36,561 bases of DNA, taken from the NCBI GenBank assembly GCA_000934665.2, contig JYFJ02003901.1:1-36561 (forward strand), read 5' to 3'. Below, one piece after another: positions 1 to 12,887 of this stretch. Position 1 is the first letter of the stretch. Every line of letters starts with the position of its first letter. The notes under the pieces were generated by a model. That model did not search any database and was not told the DNA's origin. It saw nothing but the letters and a program-made list of their open reading frames with translations. The position numbers and the translations under genes were made by a program. This DNA comes from Catajapyx aquilonaris. Lineage: Eukaryota.

Positions 1-170
1 GCATATGTGGAAAAGGACCTACCACACAATAGCTGCACTAGCCCGTGACTCTCTTCTTTCTAGGTGATTGTAAGAACTTTATGACCGCCCCTCGTATATT
101 TCTACAAAAAAATATTATTGCCGAATTTCGAAACGGAAACGGATATGACAATTTTCAATGAGGTAATATG

Positions 171-358
171 CAAGATGACTCTATAAGGTCAGGATACATC
201 TAGGTAATTGTATTGCATTGTTGATTGCCAGTTGTGGCCACTCCAAGTGCCAACCGTGCCAACTCAACCTTTACTGTCTGTAAACAATCTGCTAGTTGGC
301 ACACTATTGGAAAGCAACAATACAATCCTATATGTACCCTGACTTTAGAGTCACCCTG
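171..358. mobile_element. Degenerate Tc1/mariner-like MITE
   Basis: Right end gagtcaccctg|ta, reading TA-CAGGGTGACTCTAAAGTCAGGGTACAT on minus; left end caagatgactctataaggtcaggatacat is an imperfect inverted copy. Confidence 0.5.
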
Positions 359-514
359 TAGAAAGAAAATTATGTCCTTGATGAATACTGCGCCGTATTT
401 GACGCAGTAGGCCTTTTTCTTACTCTTCCATAAATTTCTCGCTAGTTTCCACGGAAAAAGTTCACCCAGTTTTTTGACGGCGTAGTGTTCGTCTCATTGC
501 GAAGTGCACAGTAG

Positions 515-624
515 ATGTACTATATCGCTCAAAAAGATAGAGACGATTGGCATTTGATTCAAGTGCAAGTTGCACTTGAGTCAAATGCAAAATCGTCTCT
601 ATCTTTTTGGGCGATATAGTACAT
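515..624. repeat. 110-bp near-perfect palindrome (foldback)
   Basis: atgtactatatcgctcaaaaagatagagacga...aagtgcaa g ttgcactt...tcgtctctatctttttgggcgatatagtacat; a few mismatches and one indel. Confidence 0.9.
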
Positions 625-903
625 TCCACTTTTTAACATCTTTCACTAGCCACCTGCCCCTTTAATTATTAAATCATTCATTACTATATTTTGATTACCT
701 CAGACCAAGAAAAGAACAACGTACAACCATATTAATCATTCATTAAAATACCCGAATTTCAAACAAATGGACTGGACAATTTTAAATTACAAGTACAATG
801 GTCCGCAGTAATCCATGTAGGCGAGGACATTACGGAACAGTACTGACAAATTGGTTACTTGAAATAACACAAGTGTATCATGTGATCATTGTAATAAACT
901 TAC

Positions 904-1035
904 ATGGGTGAAGACCAAATGTATGGCACTTGGGAAGATGAAGTACTTTACGAGGATGCCAAAGGCCATCACAAATGCTCCAAGTGTTGCCGTTTGGACG
1001 GGCCTGTCCAAGAACCACCTCAGGAGCCGCATCAT
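904..1035 (-). CDS. First coding exon of a second, tandem CD36/SCARB-family paralogue (rest of gene lies left of the window)
   Basis: Encodes MMRLLRWFLDRPVQTATLGAFVMAFGILVKYFIFPSAIHLVFTH then GTAAGT; same length (132 nt) and phase as exon 5985-6116 and clearly homologous to it. Confidence 0.8.
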
Positions 1036-2610
1036 TCTCTGAAGCAGACTGTGTTACTTCCTTCACTCCTTTCAACACTCGACGGCAATGATGGTAGTCC
1101 ACTGTTTTTACTGTTTACTGCTGAAGGTTTATTATATGCAGTTGCGACACCTGAATTTTTATTTCTTTACAGATATAATTGTTGTGTAAGCATCTGCAGT
1201 TCCATCTGGTGCTTCTCGTTTGTTGTTTACAGAGGAGAAAATAATGTGACGTCGCTGATATGATAATCCTTTACGATTTTATGTAATTAACTTAGCACTT
1301 TTGTCATATAACGATATTTATGGAGCAAGATATTGAGGGAACTCCAATAAAGTGACCATTTTCGGCGCCGTTGGACTGTCCTGAATTTTTAAAGAAGTTA
1401 TGCATGGCTCACACCCAAGATGTTGTTACCGTACAATAACTGCAATGAAAATCTAAAATGTGTTAAGTTGCATTAACCAGTGGTACATAAAAAGGTATTA
1501 TAATATTACCATGCAATTATGAAAAGGTTGTACTTGAAAGGAGCTCTTTCACCACACTACAATAGCCTATATTGCACAATAATTAGTGTACCGACACATG
1601 GCAGATCATGTTTCTTGCATTATTTTAAGCCTGTAGCTGGAGGTTCGCCAGTATGGTCACAAGTTGTAAATATTTAACTGTTAATAATAAAATAAAGTAT
1701 TTTAAACATCCCCCTATAAATTCGGCCCTGGTCAGGGAGAGTGTACACTACCACAATGTACTGTACCCTGGGGTATTTCCCGATTTCTTTCTGTCAAAAA
1801 GGTCACTGCAAGTAAAATTATATTGCTTGGGAAATAAGAATTTGCACTGTATAAGGAGGTTATAAATACCTGACGTCCTCAAATGCAGCAGCATCATTCT
1901 TACTTCCCATGGCATTTTATAGTATTTTTTTCCATCCGTGAGTTCCAAATGAGAAATGACATAGAATAACTTTTGATCAAATTCAATCAAAGATAAGTCA
2001 GGATGGGCAGTCGGTCCGTCCCCTTACTTGGGTAGTCCATCAGGAATCAAAAAGATAATTTTACGGCCATTTTAGCGCCCATTTTCATATCATTGTAGGA
2101 GTTTTTATTGCGATGCATAATATAAGCAGAAATGTTGTGTGCTCCGTAGCAACTAGGGAAGTAGAAGGAGAAAAAAAGACGAGAAAAGGATGATGACTGT
2201 TTGGATCTCAGAATGATATTAAGTGTAATGCAATAATAATTGAAACTAAACATTTAAAAAATTAATTTTTAATTTTTAATTGAAAAGAAAATTACACTTC
2301 TCTTTGTGCCCGAACCATATTTTCCATTCTGTAGGTTGTTTCTCCTTGGTCACTTCAGTCATTAATTTGAGTGCGTTGATATAACATTCCAGCCAGTTTT
2401 AAAACTTGAGCCTTCGCCATCTGTTATCATTAAAAAAAATTTAAATGCAGAGTAAGAACTTACATAATAATACCCTGGGATACTTTTTTTGTCCAGAACA
2501 AAAACCACAGTATGTAGTGCCAAATTCACATAGTTTTCTCTCATAATTATTATTACACGGTATGTTCCGATTAGCCTGTGACATCAGTAGATCAAGTAAG
2601 TAAGCGTCAG

Positions 2611-5600
2611 TTAAATGGATTCATCAGACTTCTTCATGTTTAATATGGGTTCTTGGGCTTTATCCAAGAGTTTTTCATTATTCTTGCGACATTCTTGAGA
2701 ACGTTTCCACAACACCACTCCTGCGATTGTCATGATTGCACCTGCTAATTGGGTCGTCCAGAAGAAGACATCTATTACAATTTTGGGGAGCAGAAATCGA
2801 ATTTTAATCTCCAGCAACAGTTCCTCTGTAAGCACTACTTCCTGTGGAAAAAAATGACCGACTACAAGTTATCTGAATCAGATAATGATCTGCTACTATA
2901 CATACATCTTATAGTATATTTTATAGTGTAACGAAGTTGCTGGCCTTCAATATTTTAATTAATTGCAGGGTGACGTGCCTTGCATTCTGATGTGAAAGTT
3001 GCAAATGTTGTCATAATTTGTATTTTTTTATACACGCTGAAATGGTTCTTCATGTCACCCTGCTATTATTCTATTCTGAAGACTTGTACTTGTCCGTGAT
3101 GCACATACCTCCGCACTCCAAAACATGGGGAATATGACCCTTGGAACATGTTGAAATAGTTTCAGATTCTGGTACGGCTTTAGCTCAAAACTGAACTGCG
3201 ACGCTCTCCTGGCTCGAACAGGATATCCTAAATCCTGAAACATAAATGTACATATTTCGTACAGAGAAATTACAACGTATCATACCGTATACCAACTCAC
3301 TGGATGGATATCGATGTATGACATGTGCTTCTCCCTGTCTGGACTCAAACCTTCGACTCCATCCAGGAGATTCTTATCACAAGAGTGGAAATGAGGCTCT
3401 GAGTAGAAGATGTGACTTCCCGTAGAAGGATACAAATCTAAGAGACCGGATGGGAGACACTGTTCACCGTGGGATTCCATACAGTAGCACTGGTTCTCCG
3501 GGTTGTATCTGGGATTGGCTGTGACGTTTTTTGACAACTTGAATCGGTACAAGTCGATTCCCCGGTAATGAGTATCCTCCAAGTACTCTAAGTAGATTGA
3601 CCTGTGAAATTAATTAATTGATGAAACCTATCAAATATTGTATTCAAAAAATTTGGGATCAACAGGGCCATATGAAAAGGACAAGACACCAACCTCTGAA
3701 GTTCCTTTGCGAACACATAGAGCTTATCATTTCTACTGAGGAATGGTAGGAATAAGATTCCATCACTCCCGTTCAGCGTGCTGCAGTACGTGTCATTCCA
3801 ATCTGGCCACGCTTTGTGACCTTTAAAAGACGTAATTTGAGCAAGATTAAATATGTCATCTTCCCCTGTCCTCACTGTTATTGGTCCTTCCCTGGTGTTG
3901 TTCGTCTGTGAAATTTTATACAAATTATTATATTACTAACTTATGCATTATCATATTAATAATATTTACCATTCCCATAAATGAAAACTTGTTGTCCACC
4001 AGGAACTGCCTGGATGAGAATAGTTGACCGTGAGAGAGCAAAAGGTCGTGGTATCCATCGAAAAGGATTTCTCGGACAGTTTTGGTCACAAACAAATCCT
4101 GTCTGTAAGACTTCATGATCATGTTAAAAACTTGGGAGCTCAACTTCCAATCGCCCAAGTGAGAAACCACTGCTGCTAATTCCTGAGGGTAATTAAAATT
4201 GTGAACGGTAGTTGCATCACTTTTCCAGCAATATTTGCCTACCACAACAGGATAATTGATGACGGTGACCATGTCATTATACTTTCCTTCAGACAGACTT
4301 GGTTCGAAGTGAAATGTTCTGGAATCGTAGTACGTAACTGTCTTGTCATCATCATTCATGGTGATGTTGAACTTCTCCCAATTTTGCCTTAAAATGACAT
4401 TGTCAGCATTGAAATGTTGCTCTTTACCGGGCTTTGGCCGAACGTATAATTATATGCTTGTTAAACATAACTCACGAAAAGACGTAGCTTCCGACTTCTT
4501 GAAGTTGTGGCTTGACTCCAAAGTCTCGTATTTCGTCGGGATTTGTAACATTAAAGACGTAATAGCTGCTAATGATGGGCAGGGGCAAGTCCTTCCACCA
4601 AACCCACACCTCGGATCCAGGGTAAAGATACAAACGCTGGGAAAATACAAGTGAAAAACAAAATAAATTTAAAATAAGTAAATCTTTTGTTGTTATGTAC
4701 CGTATGTGCTTTATGTGGTATAAGAAACATCCTGTTTAATAGTACGAAAATAAAGGATTGGCGTATTTCGAAACGGCAACTGATAATTATGACTAATGTC
4801 CACAAGTTATTCAGTCAAAATACTGCGCCACATTTGATTTCATATTTTCATCTTCTTCTTATTCAACGTATAGCCGCAGGAAAAGTCCAACTTGATTTTT
4901 TATTTATTTTGATGATGTGGAAAGTTACGCTGAGTCACATGAAAGCGTCATTCAAATTTCAAAGTGCGCAGTATATTACACTACTTCTCTTAGATTTGGA
5001 ACTACAAGTAGGTAGTACCTACATCACTTTAATATTCATCGTGCATTACTTAATTATGATCGTAAATAATAAGGCGCTTCGAACAAAAGTGGCCCAAGTC
5101 CAAAAATGACATTTTCGAGATAGGACTGCCATCACATTCAGAGAACCACTCCAAGTTGGTAAAAAATGATGGGATAATTCCTACGTTGTATATTTGGACA
5201 GTAAATGACAAAGTGTCATTTATGCTCCAAGGAGAGTCGCCTACCCCTTGGAGCAATCCTGGTGTGAGTCCCATACCAGCTGTTAAAGATGGCCGACGAA
5301 GATGCAAGCGATATATCTGGGGGGCACCGCTATGGACAAAATAATATTGTGTATAACAAATAATAAGTGTGTGGCTGTCAGTTTTGCCATGTTTAAAATT
5401 ATGTTGTGAATTTGCAAATTTTTTCCTTCTCTTGAATTTTTTATTGAAATTAATGTTTACTATCCTCTATTATCTATTATCTATTATATTCAGATTCAAT
5501 TGTATTACACCCAGTCAACAATGGTGTAAGTCCATGATTCTGTAGGATCAGTATGGTGTAAGTCACATATGATTTTTTAAATCAATAAATCAATTTTTTT

Positions 5601-6116
5601 TGTTACAGTAGCAATGCATATAAAAAAGACTGCCATGTAATGATTGCCATTCTGGCATAATATGTATCCAAACGCATATGATTTCCCTTTTTTCTATGAC
5701 CTTCCAAACTTGCAGGTGAATTATCCCAACTGGAGCTTTTTGGACTTCGGCCACTTTTGTTCTAAGCGCCTCAATTGTTGAAGACAAGGCACTTGCAACC
5801 ATATGAATTATTAAAATATTTTTAACTGTCCTAATTTGAAGCAAAGGGACATAATAATTTTTATACACCACAATCTACATAGTTGAGGACATATGGAACA
5901 GTATGGAAAAAAGTTTGTTAGATGAGTTACCACAAGTTTGGCATATCCTATGATCATTTAATTATCAGAAACAAAATAACTTACGTGCGTGAGGAATAAA
6001 TAAATGGCAGTTGGGAAGAGTATGTACTTGACAAAAATGTCAAAGACCATCAAAAATACACCAATTCCTGCCATTTGGACGGGCCTGTCTAAGAACCACT
6101 TCAGGAGCCTCATCAT
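2611..6116 (-). CDS. CD36 / scavenger receptor class B family protein, 8 coding exons, ~506 aa
   Basis: Exons 6116-5985, 4636-4476, 4387-4243, 4182-3970, 3905-3694, 3601-3301, 3234-3109, 2841-2611; all GT-AG with consistent phases (1521 nt). Family motifs YVFNVTNPDE..GVKPQLQEVGSY, REILFDGY, LNGSDG, NPENQCYC, CLPSG, SEPHF, PDREKH..IDIHP, FPMFW; N- and C-terminal TM helices. Confidence 0.93.
5072..5771. mobile_element. Non-autonomous DNA transposon (MITE) in CD36 intron 1
   Basis: ~35-bp terminal inverted repeats aggcgcttcgaacaaaagtggcccaagtccaaaaa / tttttggacttcggccacttttgttctaagcgcct (2 mismatches); no transposase ORF; TSD unclear. Confidence 0.7.
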
Positions 6117-6839
6117 GTCTTGACTCCAATGTTATTCTCTATGTGACAACTCACTATTTGCATCAACAGAATCTGGTTCTCATCCCAAGACTATTGTTTT
6201 TTTTTCAACAATAAATCATTACTGAAGGTCACTCGAATTTTATTGCCACGTATGAAATTGTGATGTAAGTAGTACCGTAGTCTACTTGCGTCACAATTAC
6301 ATAGGTGGCAATAAAATTCTAGATATAAAACTACACAAAAAGGATTGGCACAACAACATAATAATATTAATACGTACCGGCGTATATATAACATTGTTTT
6401 GTTCCTGTGCAATTCAATTTGACTTGGTTGTGTACGTAGGTTTCGGCTAAGACCGAATGATACGTATGTACCGTCTGACAATCAAAATCCAATTTCTTTC
6501 TCGCACGTCATTATAAGGAATGACGTGTCCAGTGTCCTGCTGTAATCATTGGAATATTGCAATTGATCCTTAATTTGTTAAAATGTTTTAATTAATTTCG
6601 GCAATTTTTCCAGCCATAACAAGTTGCTGTAGCCCATGGTCTTGAAGGAGGCCAACACCACTTTACACTGGAGGTGACGATTTCAGTTTGTTCTAAATAC
6701 GTCCAACCCATTCAGCCAGGGCCACATGCGCGCGCAGGGGAATTAATTTGGGAGCCTACATCTGTTCAGAATGCATGCTCGCCAATCTTTTTTTTTTCTC
6801 TCCAAGGTTCTTAATGTGTTTTAAAAAAGTTCAAGCAAA
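6117..6839. promoter_or_regulatory. Divergent intergenic/5' region between CD36 gene and T1
   Basis: Head-to-head start codons 6116(-) and 6840(+); inverted motif pair cacgtcatt-ataagg-aatgacgtg at 6504-6527. Confidence 0.4.
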
Positions 6840-8404
6840 ATGCCTGTGAAGTCGTGCCTGTGCTTCTTCTCTCTCAGAGGAGGGACCATCTTCGCAGGAC
6901 TTCTAGCTTTGGTAAGTTGCCCATATGCCCATCTCGACTGAACACTTCAGATTAGCTTTCTTTGCAACTAGGCCAACACGGCCAACATGCTTTAGTGTTC
7001 CTGGAGATTGACCATGTTTTGCACTGAATGGTCATTTTGAGCTACACCCCATAAGTAGTATAACTGGAATATTACAATGAATTTCCAGGAGGAAATATTA
7101 TTAGTCGACCAGACTGTACATAATTATGTATGTGTGTATTTTTTTGCAGTTGATCGCCCTCTACGCATTTGAGATATGCGTCAGTGCCATCGTAAACATG
7201 TTTATTCGCATAGGATTCAGCTTTGGAGGTTAGTATAGTGTGTCATGATGACTTTAATTGCTGCTGCATTTAGTGGAAATTTCTGGGAATTGTTTGCAAA
7301 AAAAATGTGCCATTTTGGTGCCAGATGTAGTACATGTGATCGTCTGGCCAACTTCCGGTCTCAGGTGATGATAAGGTCATACGTCCTCTGAGAGCCATTT
7401 ATAGCCTTTTAGTCCACTGTGCCATCTAAACATTATGCCACATAAAGTAGTGCAAAGCTAATGCTTGTTTTTATGGTCATTCCATAAATCTCCTATTTAT
7501 TAATAATAACTTTATAGTTACTTCCTAGGGTGCTCTTTATATTAGAGTTTGTACATGACAATATCTGTGCTAATATAGGGTGTGACCTATACTCATCAAT
7601 TAAATATTGTGATAAAATTGGACTGCCATATATGCTAATTACTGATCCTTATTATTGGGTTGGAGATGATTAATTAAAACAATCTAAAAATATAAATTAT
7701 GGCTTGTGTTTTATTTTCAGGGCATTTGATAACGGATCCTGTGTGGATTGTGATTTTATCCATTACCATTTATGCTGCGGGGTTCTTCATTTGCGCCATT
7801 ATTGCTCTGGTCGGAGTGCATAAGGTGCAGTATTAAGTGGAGTGCACAACAATTAATCCATAAGTGATTAGAAAACCTAGTTAAACCAGTAATAGCTTTT
7901 TTGCAATCATTATTATTAGTGTATTGAAGGCATTTTAGTCAAGATAGAGTTTAATGTTGTCCTGAAATGGTACAATGTGATTGTCAAGTCGTTTTTTTCT
8001 GACGAAATTAAGGTTATCTAGATTTATGTAAAAAGGTGATTATTATTTCAAAAGATAGTCGTAATTTCACAGATTTTTTTTGAAAGGTAATCGATTTCAG
8101 GTTTTCGATGTATGGCTAAAAATTCAGAGAAGTTTCGTCCTTACAGTACTTCTATTTACCATTTCTAATTTCCCTTTTCCAGAATCGCTACAGGCTGATG
8201 ATCCCATTCCTGATATTTTTATTGTTGAACGTGTTATTGATGGTGGCGATGTTAACTCTGTTCTCTTTTTATGAGTGGTTCGACACCATGTTCTTCTTCT
8301 ACACGCTGAACGGCGTAATTGCAAATATTTATTTCTTTATTGTTGTTTACTCGTATTCCTACTATGTTCGAAGATGTGCGTGCGCTGAAGGATTGTCCGT
8401 ATGA
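6840..8404 (+). CDS. T1: single-module four-TM protein, LAPTM4/DUF4728-like, ~158 aa
   Basis: Exons 6840-6911, 7150-7228, 7721-7824, 8183-8404 (intron phases 0,1,0). MPVKSCLCFFSLRGGTIFAG...GVHK/NRYRLMIPFL...IYFFIVVYSY. Family assigned by recalled motif resemblance, not by search. Confidence 0.82.
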
Positions 8405-8560
8405 CCCGTCTAAAATATTTCAATTCCACGAAATTGTTGTTATGTCATGTATACTGTACAACTCTCCATTGACGTGCGCCGCTTGTGAATAAAATGTTAT
8501 GTAAAGATTTATGTTGATAATAAAATACAGACCCATTTTACATGCTACCTGCGCTGTTTG

Positions 8561-8561
<1 letters not shown>

Positions 8562-8630
<69 letters not shown>
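8562..8630. repeat. (ATT)n microsatellite
   Basis: Uninterrupted ATT run. Confidence 0.97.
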
Positions 8631-8631
<1 letters not shown>

Positions 8632-8757
8632 GCTGATTGCCAGACTCAATAGTCCCAAGATGAGTTCGTTAAAAGTATACTACGATTGGAAAAGTGAATA
8701 ATGATTGTGACGACATTTTGACTTACATAAAAGGAGTGAAAAAATAGCAATTAGTAC

Positions 8758-8865
8758 TCCAGGACGCATAATATTCACATAATAATAAACTTGTCGGATT
8801 GGAAGGGGCTTCCCCTTCCAATCCGACAAGTTTATAATTATTATGTGAATATTATGCGTCCTGGA
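8758..8865. repeat. ~108-bp near-perfect palindrome
   Basis: tccaggacgcataatattcacataat...ggattggaagggg ctt ccccttccaatcc...attatgtgaatattatgcgtcctgga; looser pairing extends to about 8738-8883. Confidence 0.9.
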
Positions 8866-9446
8866 TTAACTTGTTATTTTTTCATGAACATTAATTTTGA
8901 TGGAAGGTGTGCAATATATTATGGTTACGTCATTGTAATTGGTGTACACATGTGAGAGCAACCGGTTACAGTTGCTTACTTTTCCTGGTCTAGTGAAGTA
9001 AATACTTGAAGAAAAAGCTGTTTTGTAGGCTACTATGCAGCGTAAATGCTAACGCCGTTAAAAATATGCTTCGCATATCCAAGGTCTCAAATAATTACCG
9101 CTTTTGATGCAAATCGTACCAATGATGGACACTTTCCAGTCAGAAAAATTTATTACAATAAATTCATAGCTTGGGTGCTACTACTGGAGAGGTCGAGCAA
9201 GAAACGTGCTTACAAGCTTGACTCGTAATTAGACTCGGGCTCTCCGCTAGCAGTTTATTGTCGCCCTTTCGGAGCAACACGAACTCTATTGTAGCACAAA
9301 ACAAGTATCAGCAAAATTAAACAAACTGTGCGCTCCAATGGCTCGTAAATTTTGCTGACCTGCAAGTTCTTGCCCAGGGTCAGCAAGCATCACTTCGCAG
9401 GACCCCTTTGTACTGAGCAGTTGACACATTTTGGTGGCTTGCAACA

Positions 9447-10107
9447 ATGCAGTTGGCATCCTGCTTTGGATATTTCTCTCTCCGCGGTGGAAGTTTTTTT
9501 GCAGGATTGGTGGGAATGGTGAGTCCCAAGTTAACATGACTGAAATTGTCGCTAATTCTCTGCATTATTTTAGATGGTTGGATTGACAATGGCTGAGATG
9601 GGCATTTCCTATTTAATTGAGAGCGGCATGCACCCGGAAGTCCTGCATGTTGGTAAGCCATAGAGTAACAATTTTACCATGTGACAATAATATTCGGATA
9701 TGATGCATTTAAGGTTATGTTGTCCCATCCATGATTACTCTCTACGCATTGGGTCTCTCCATTAGTTCTGTGACAGCTCTGATTGGAATCCAGAAGGTAT
9801 TACTACATTTTTGCAGTCCATGCACCTTGATAAACCTGAAAAGAACATAATAATATGTAATTTTCAGGATCGTCCACAATGGCTGATTGCATTTTTTATC
9901 TTTCTGGGTCTCAACGTCATTATCATGATTTCTGTCTTAATTTACGTGAGTGTTGAGGCTGGGTTCATAGCTGCCTTGTTTTTTGTCGTGCTTAACTCGG
10001 TAGCAGCCCACATTTATTTCGCGCTCGTTGTGTACTCATTTGCGTTTAAGCTGCACCGGTATCAAAACTTGGAATCAGCCGACTCGCAGAACTCTCCGGA
10101 TGTCTAA
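9447..10107 (+). CDS. T2: single-module four-TM protein, paralogue of T1, ~157 aa
   Basis: Exons 9447-9518, 9574-9652, 9714-9796, 9868-10107; exon 1 and 2 lengths (72, 79) and phases match T1. MQLASCFGYFSLRGGSFFAG...GIQK/DRPQWLIAF...HIYFALVVYSF. Confidence 0.82.
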
Positions 10108-11030
10108 TAACGCTGTCTCAAGCATTACACGTATATTTTGTGCTGCTCAGTGATGCACTCACTCATTTGCTTTCATGTATCCAGAGTTCTCTTAGTAGTT
10201 CGCTGATGATTGCACCTAACAGTAATACACTCATTATAATATTCCAGAACATGTACTTTGTAATGGTTTTTTAAAGAGTCATGATTAGGCACTAATTTAC
10301 TCAGAACAAGCAATTCGTAATGAGCAATTACAGTTGTTTTTATAACTTGAATATAGACAATAATAAACAATGCCTGAATTCAATAAAATATTTTATTGTA
10401 TGGTACAAGTTTCTCTTTCAGCATTTTTCAACATGAATTTGTAGTTGCACAGTACATTTGTGACTCCGTGATCTTACGTACTATGTAAGGAGAAGTAAAA
10501 ACAAAACAAAAACATTTCACAAACACATACCGTAGTCAAAATATATCTGTCTTTGGCATCACCATAACTTACACTATGTAGTAATTTGTCACAGCTTATA
10601 TTGTTGTCTAGGCCCTAGGGTATTGCCACATGCACAAATAAAATAATACTGAGACTACACGTTGACATTATTACTTATACAGTGTACGTACAGCAATGTA
10701 ACATCTCATCGTATGTAGGTGAATATAATTGAAGTAGCATAAGAACACATCTAGGTCTATCACACAAGCTGCGTGTAAAATATTTACAGTTTATGTAATC
10801 ATCCTATCTAGCCCAGTCTCGATGCAAGTTAGATGGTCTATAATAATTATTATCATGCTATGGCCTCCCTACATGTGACATAGTATTGCATCTTTAAAGC
10901 ACAAAATATTGGGTTTTATTTAACACACACGTGTGAAAAGTCAAAATGTCCGTAAGTCGCAATATTTCCAAAACAAATCGTCAATTTTTGTGTCCTCATT
11001 ATTTACGTGGTAAGCACCGTGGAGCTGTAG

Positions 11031-12887
11031 TCACTCGGCAGTTGTTGAGTTGGTTGTATGAGCTCCTCTGAATTGCGCCAATATGATGAAGTAAGTGCTT
11101 ATGCAGCCGAGAGTCTGCAGAAAGAAAATAATAAATTATGCAGCACACACTAAATATTTCTTTAGCCAGAGCTCTTATTTTAGCTTTTTTTTCTAGTGCG
11201 TATATATTATGGGAAATTATTCGTTGGGGTAACTTACAGAAGTGACGAGACCGTAATCAATTGAGAAGAAATCCGATGCTGTTATTTGAATAGGGGGCCC
11301 CAACATCAGGTTGATGATTGTCTCCACCTGTAACATTGCGAAATCTACTGATAAGCACCACTTATTTATTCCTCAAAAAACCAGAATAAAAATTCTCGAC
11401 GCCTCAATAATGATTTATGGTACAAAAATGTAATGTGTGTCGAACATTTCTCATTATTATACGATTGTTATCTGTACCGGAAGTGATCATCGTAACTCTA
11501 TCCTGGCGTTATTGAGAAATGGGCAATCCAAGCGAATAAATATTTCAATGTCAACAAAAAATTACATTGTAGTGCCACAGTACTGCACAGGTGGAGGAGT
11601 ATAATATTATAAACTAGCAAATAAAATACTTACGCAATTCATCGGTGTTTGCCTAGAAGTGCGAATACACGAGAGGTCTCCAATACTCCTGGTTGCCTTT
11701 ATAACAATAATAAAGCGTATTAATTAGAGACAAATTTTCACAATGCAAATGATAATAAAGTGCATGCATATACTAATATTATTGCTTGTGACACACCCTG
11801 GAGATTGCAACCCTCAACTTACTTCCTTCGGTATTTCTCCTAGAAGCAGAGTGAATAAAATCAGAGTCGCTATTTGCACTGTAAGGTACGTCGACAACGA
11901 CACAATGTCAAGAGCACCAGAACTCTCGGCAGCTCCGTATGCAAAGTAGTACAGCGTGGTAATAATGTCAGCAAAAAAAGCGGCATACCTGACAGCCAAA
12001 ACGGACCCGTAAATGTCTCCAATACCTCGAGTTATTTCGTATAAATCAACAAACGCTTTGCATGCAACAGTCAAACCAGACAAATGCAATCGACCTCCAT
12101 CAGACAGACTGTTACGCGACTTTCGTACGATCTGGTTAACTTCTTTGAACCGTCTCTGAATCGCAATGGCAAAAAACGACACCTGAATCATCGGGAGGTT
12201 CAGAATGAAACTGCCTTGGGTGACCAACAGAATCAACGCAGCGTCAGAGAAGTAGTTCTGATTGGTGTTGTCAACTTCCAGGTACGACACAGACCATGAC
12301 AACAGCGTCACTGACGGAAGAAACACTGTAAGAGACGACAACAAACAAGAGTGTCGTCCAAGCTTTACGTTGTCACAATCCGTCAATTTCAAATCCACAA
12401 TTTCAAGTCGTTCCAACAGCCGAGACACTTGTCGCGATTTTCTCTGCATAATAACGAATGACACTAATGGACAGAACAGACTCGCGATGTACATTACAAC
12501 AGAGCTGCAGACAGAAGGCCCGTCCTTGTTCGCGAAATCTGCCCATTCTTTGGGCATTTTGACAAAACATAACAAGTAGCAGGAGAGCATGACACATCCG
12601 TTTAAAAAAGCGGGCAGGTGACGATACAATAATTGTGGCACAGGCAGTGGAATAATTCCCCCAATTGTTGACATTATGGCGATCGGTTTGAATGCCCATC
12701 TCGGAGTGGGTCGGTTCGAATCCCAGCAGACGGACCTGGGATGTGGTGTTACGACACTTTCTAGCATGGTCGTGACTGCGAATGGTTGTCTGAAGTTATC
12801 TGAAAATGTAGTTTCATCGGTCTCGTCCCCTCTTTTGTATACTGTCATCGATTCGGTGAGTTTATAAAGCATGAAGGAGGCATTCAT
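11031..12887 (-). CDS. Gustatory receptor (arthropod 7TM chemoreceptor superfamily), ~433 aa
   Basis: Long first exon 12887-11823 plus 11696-11634, 11327-11238, 11114-11031; three phase-0 3' introns typical of GRs; ITASDFFSIDYGLVTS and STYFIILAQF (TYxxxxxQF). Exact start Met uncertain. Confidence 0.9.

Noticed and set aside
904..1263. 119-aa plus-strand ORF
   Set aside because: Antisense to the CD36 paralogue first exon; no recognisable protein features.
1340..2260. Possible transposon remnant and short ORFs between the CD36 genes
   Set aside because: No TIR pair, TSD or recognisable protein could be established.
2611..2680. Possible LIMP-2-like dileucine sorting signal in the CD36 tail (EKLL, EPIL)
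   Set aside because: Acidic residue spacing does not fit [DE]xxxL[LI].
4687..5871. ORFs sharing ALRTKVA.VQK on opposite strands
   Set aside because: These are translations of the MITE terminal inverted repeats.
11743..12867. Several short overlapping ORFs
   Set aside because: Antisense or off-frame shadows of the GR first exon.
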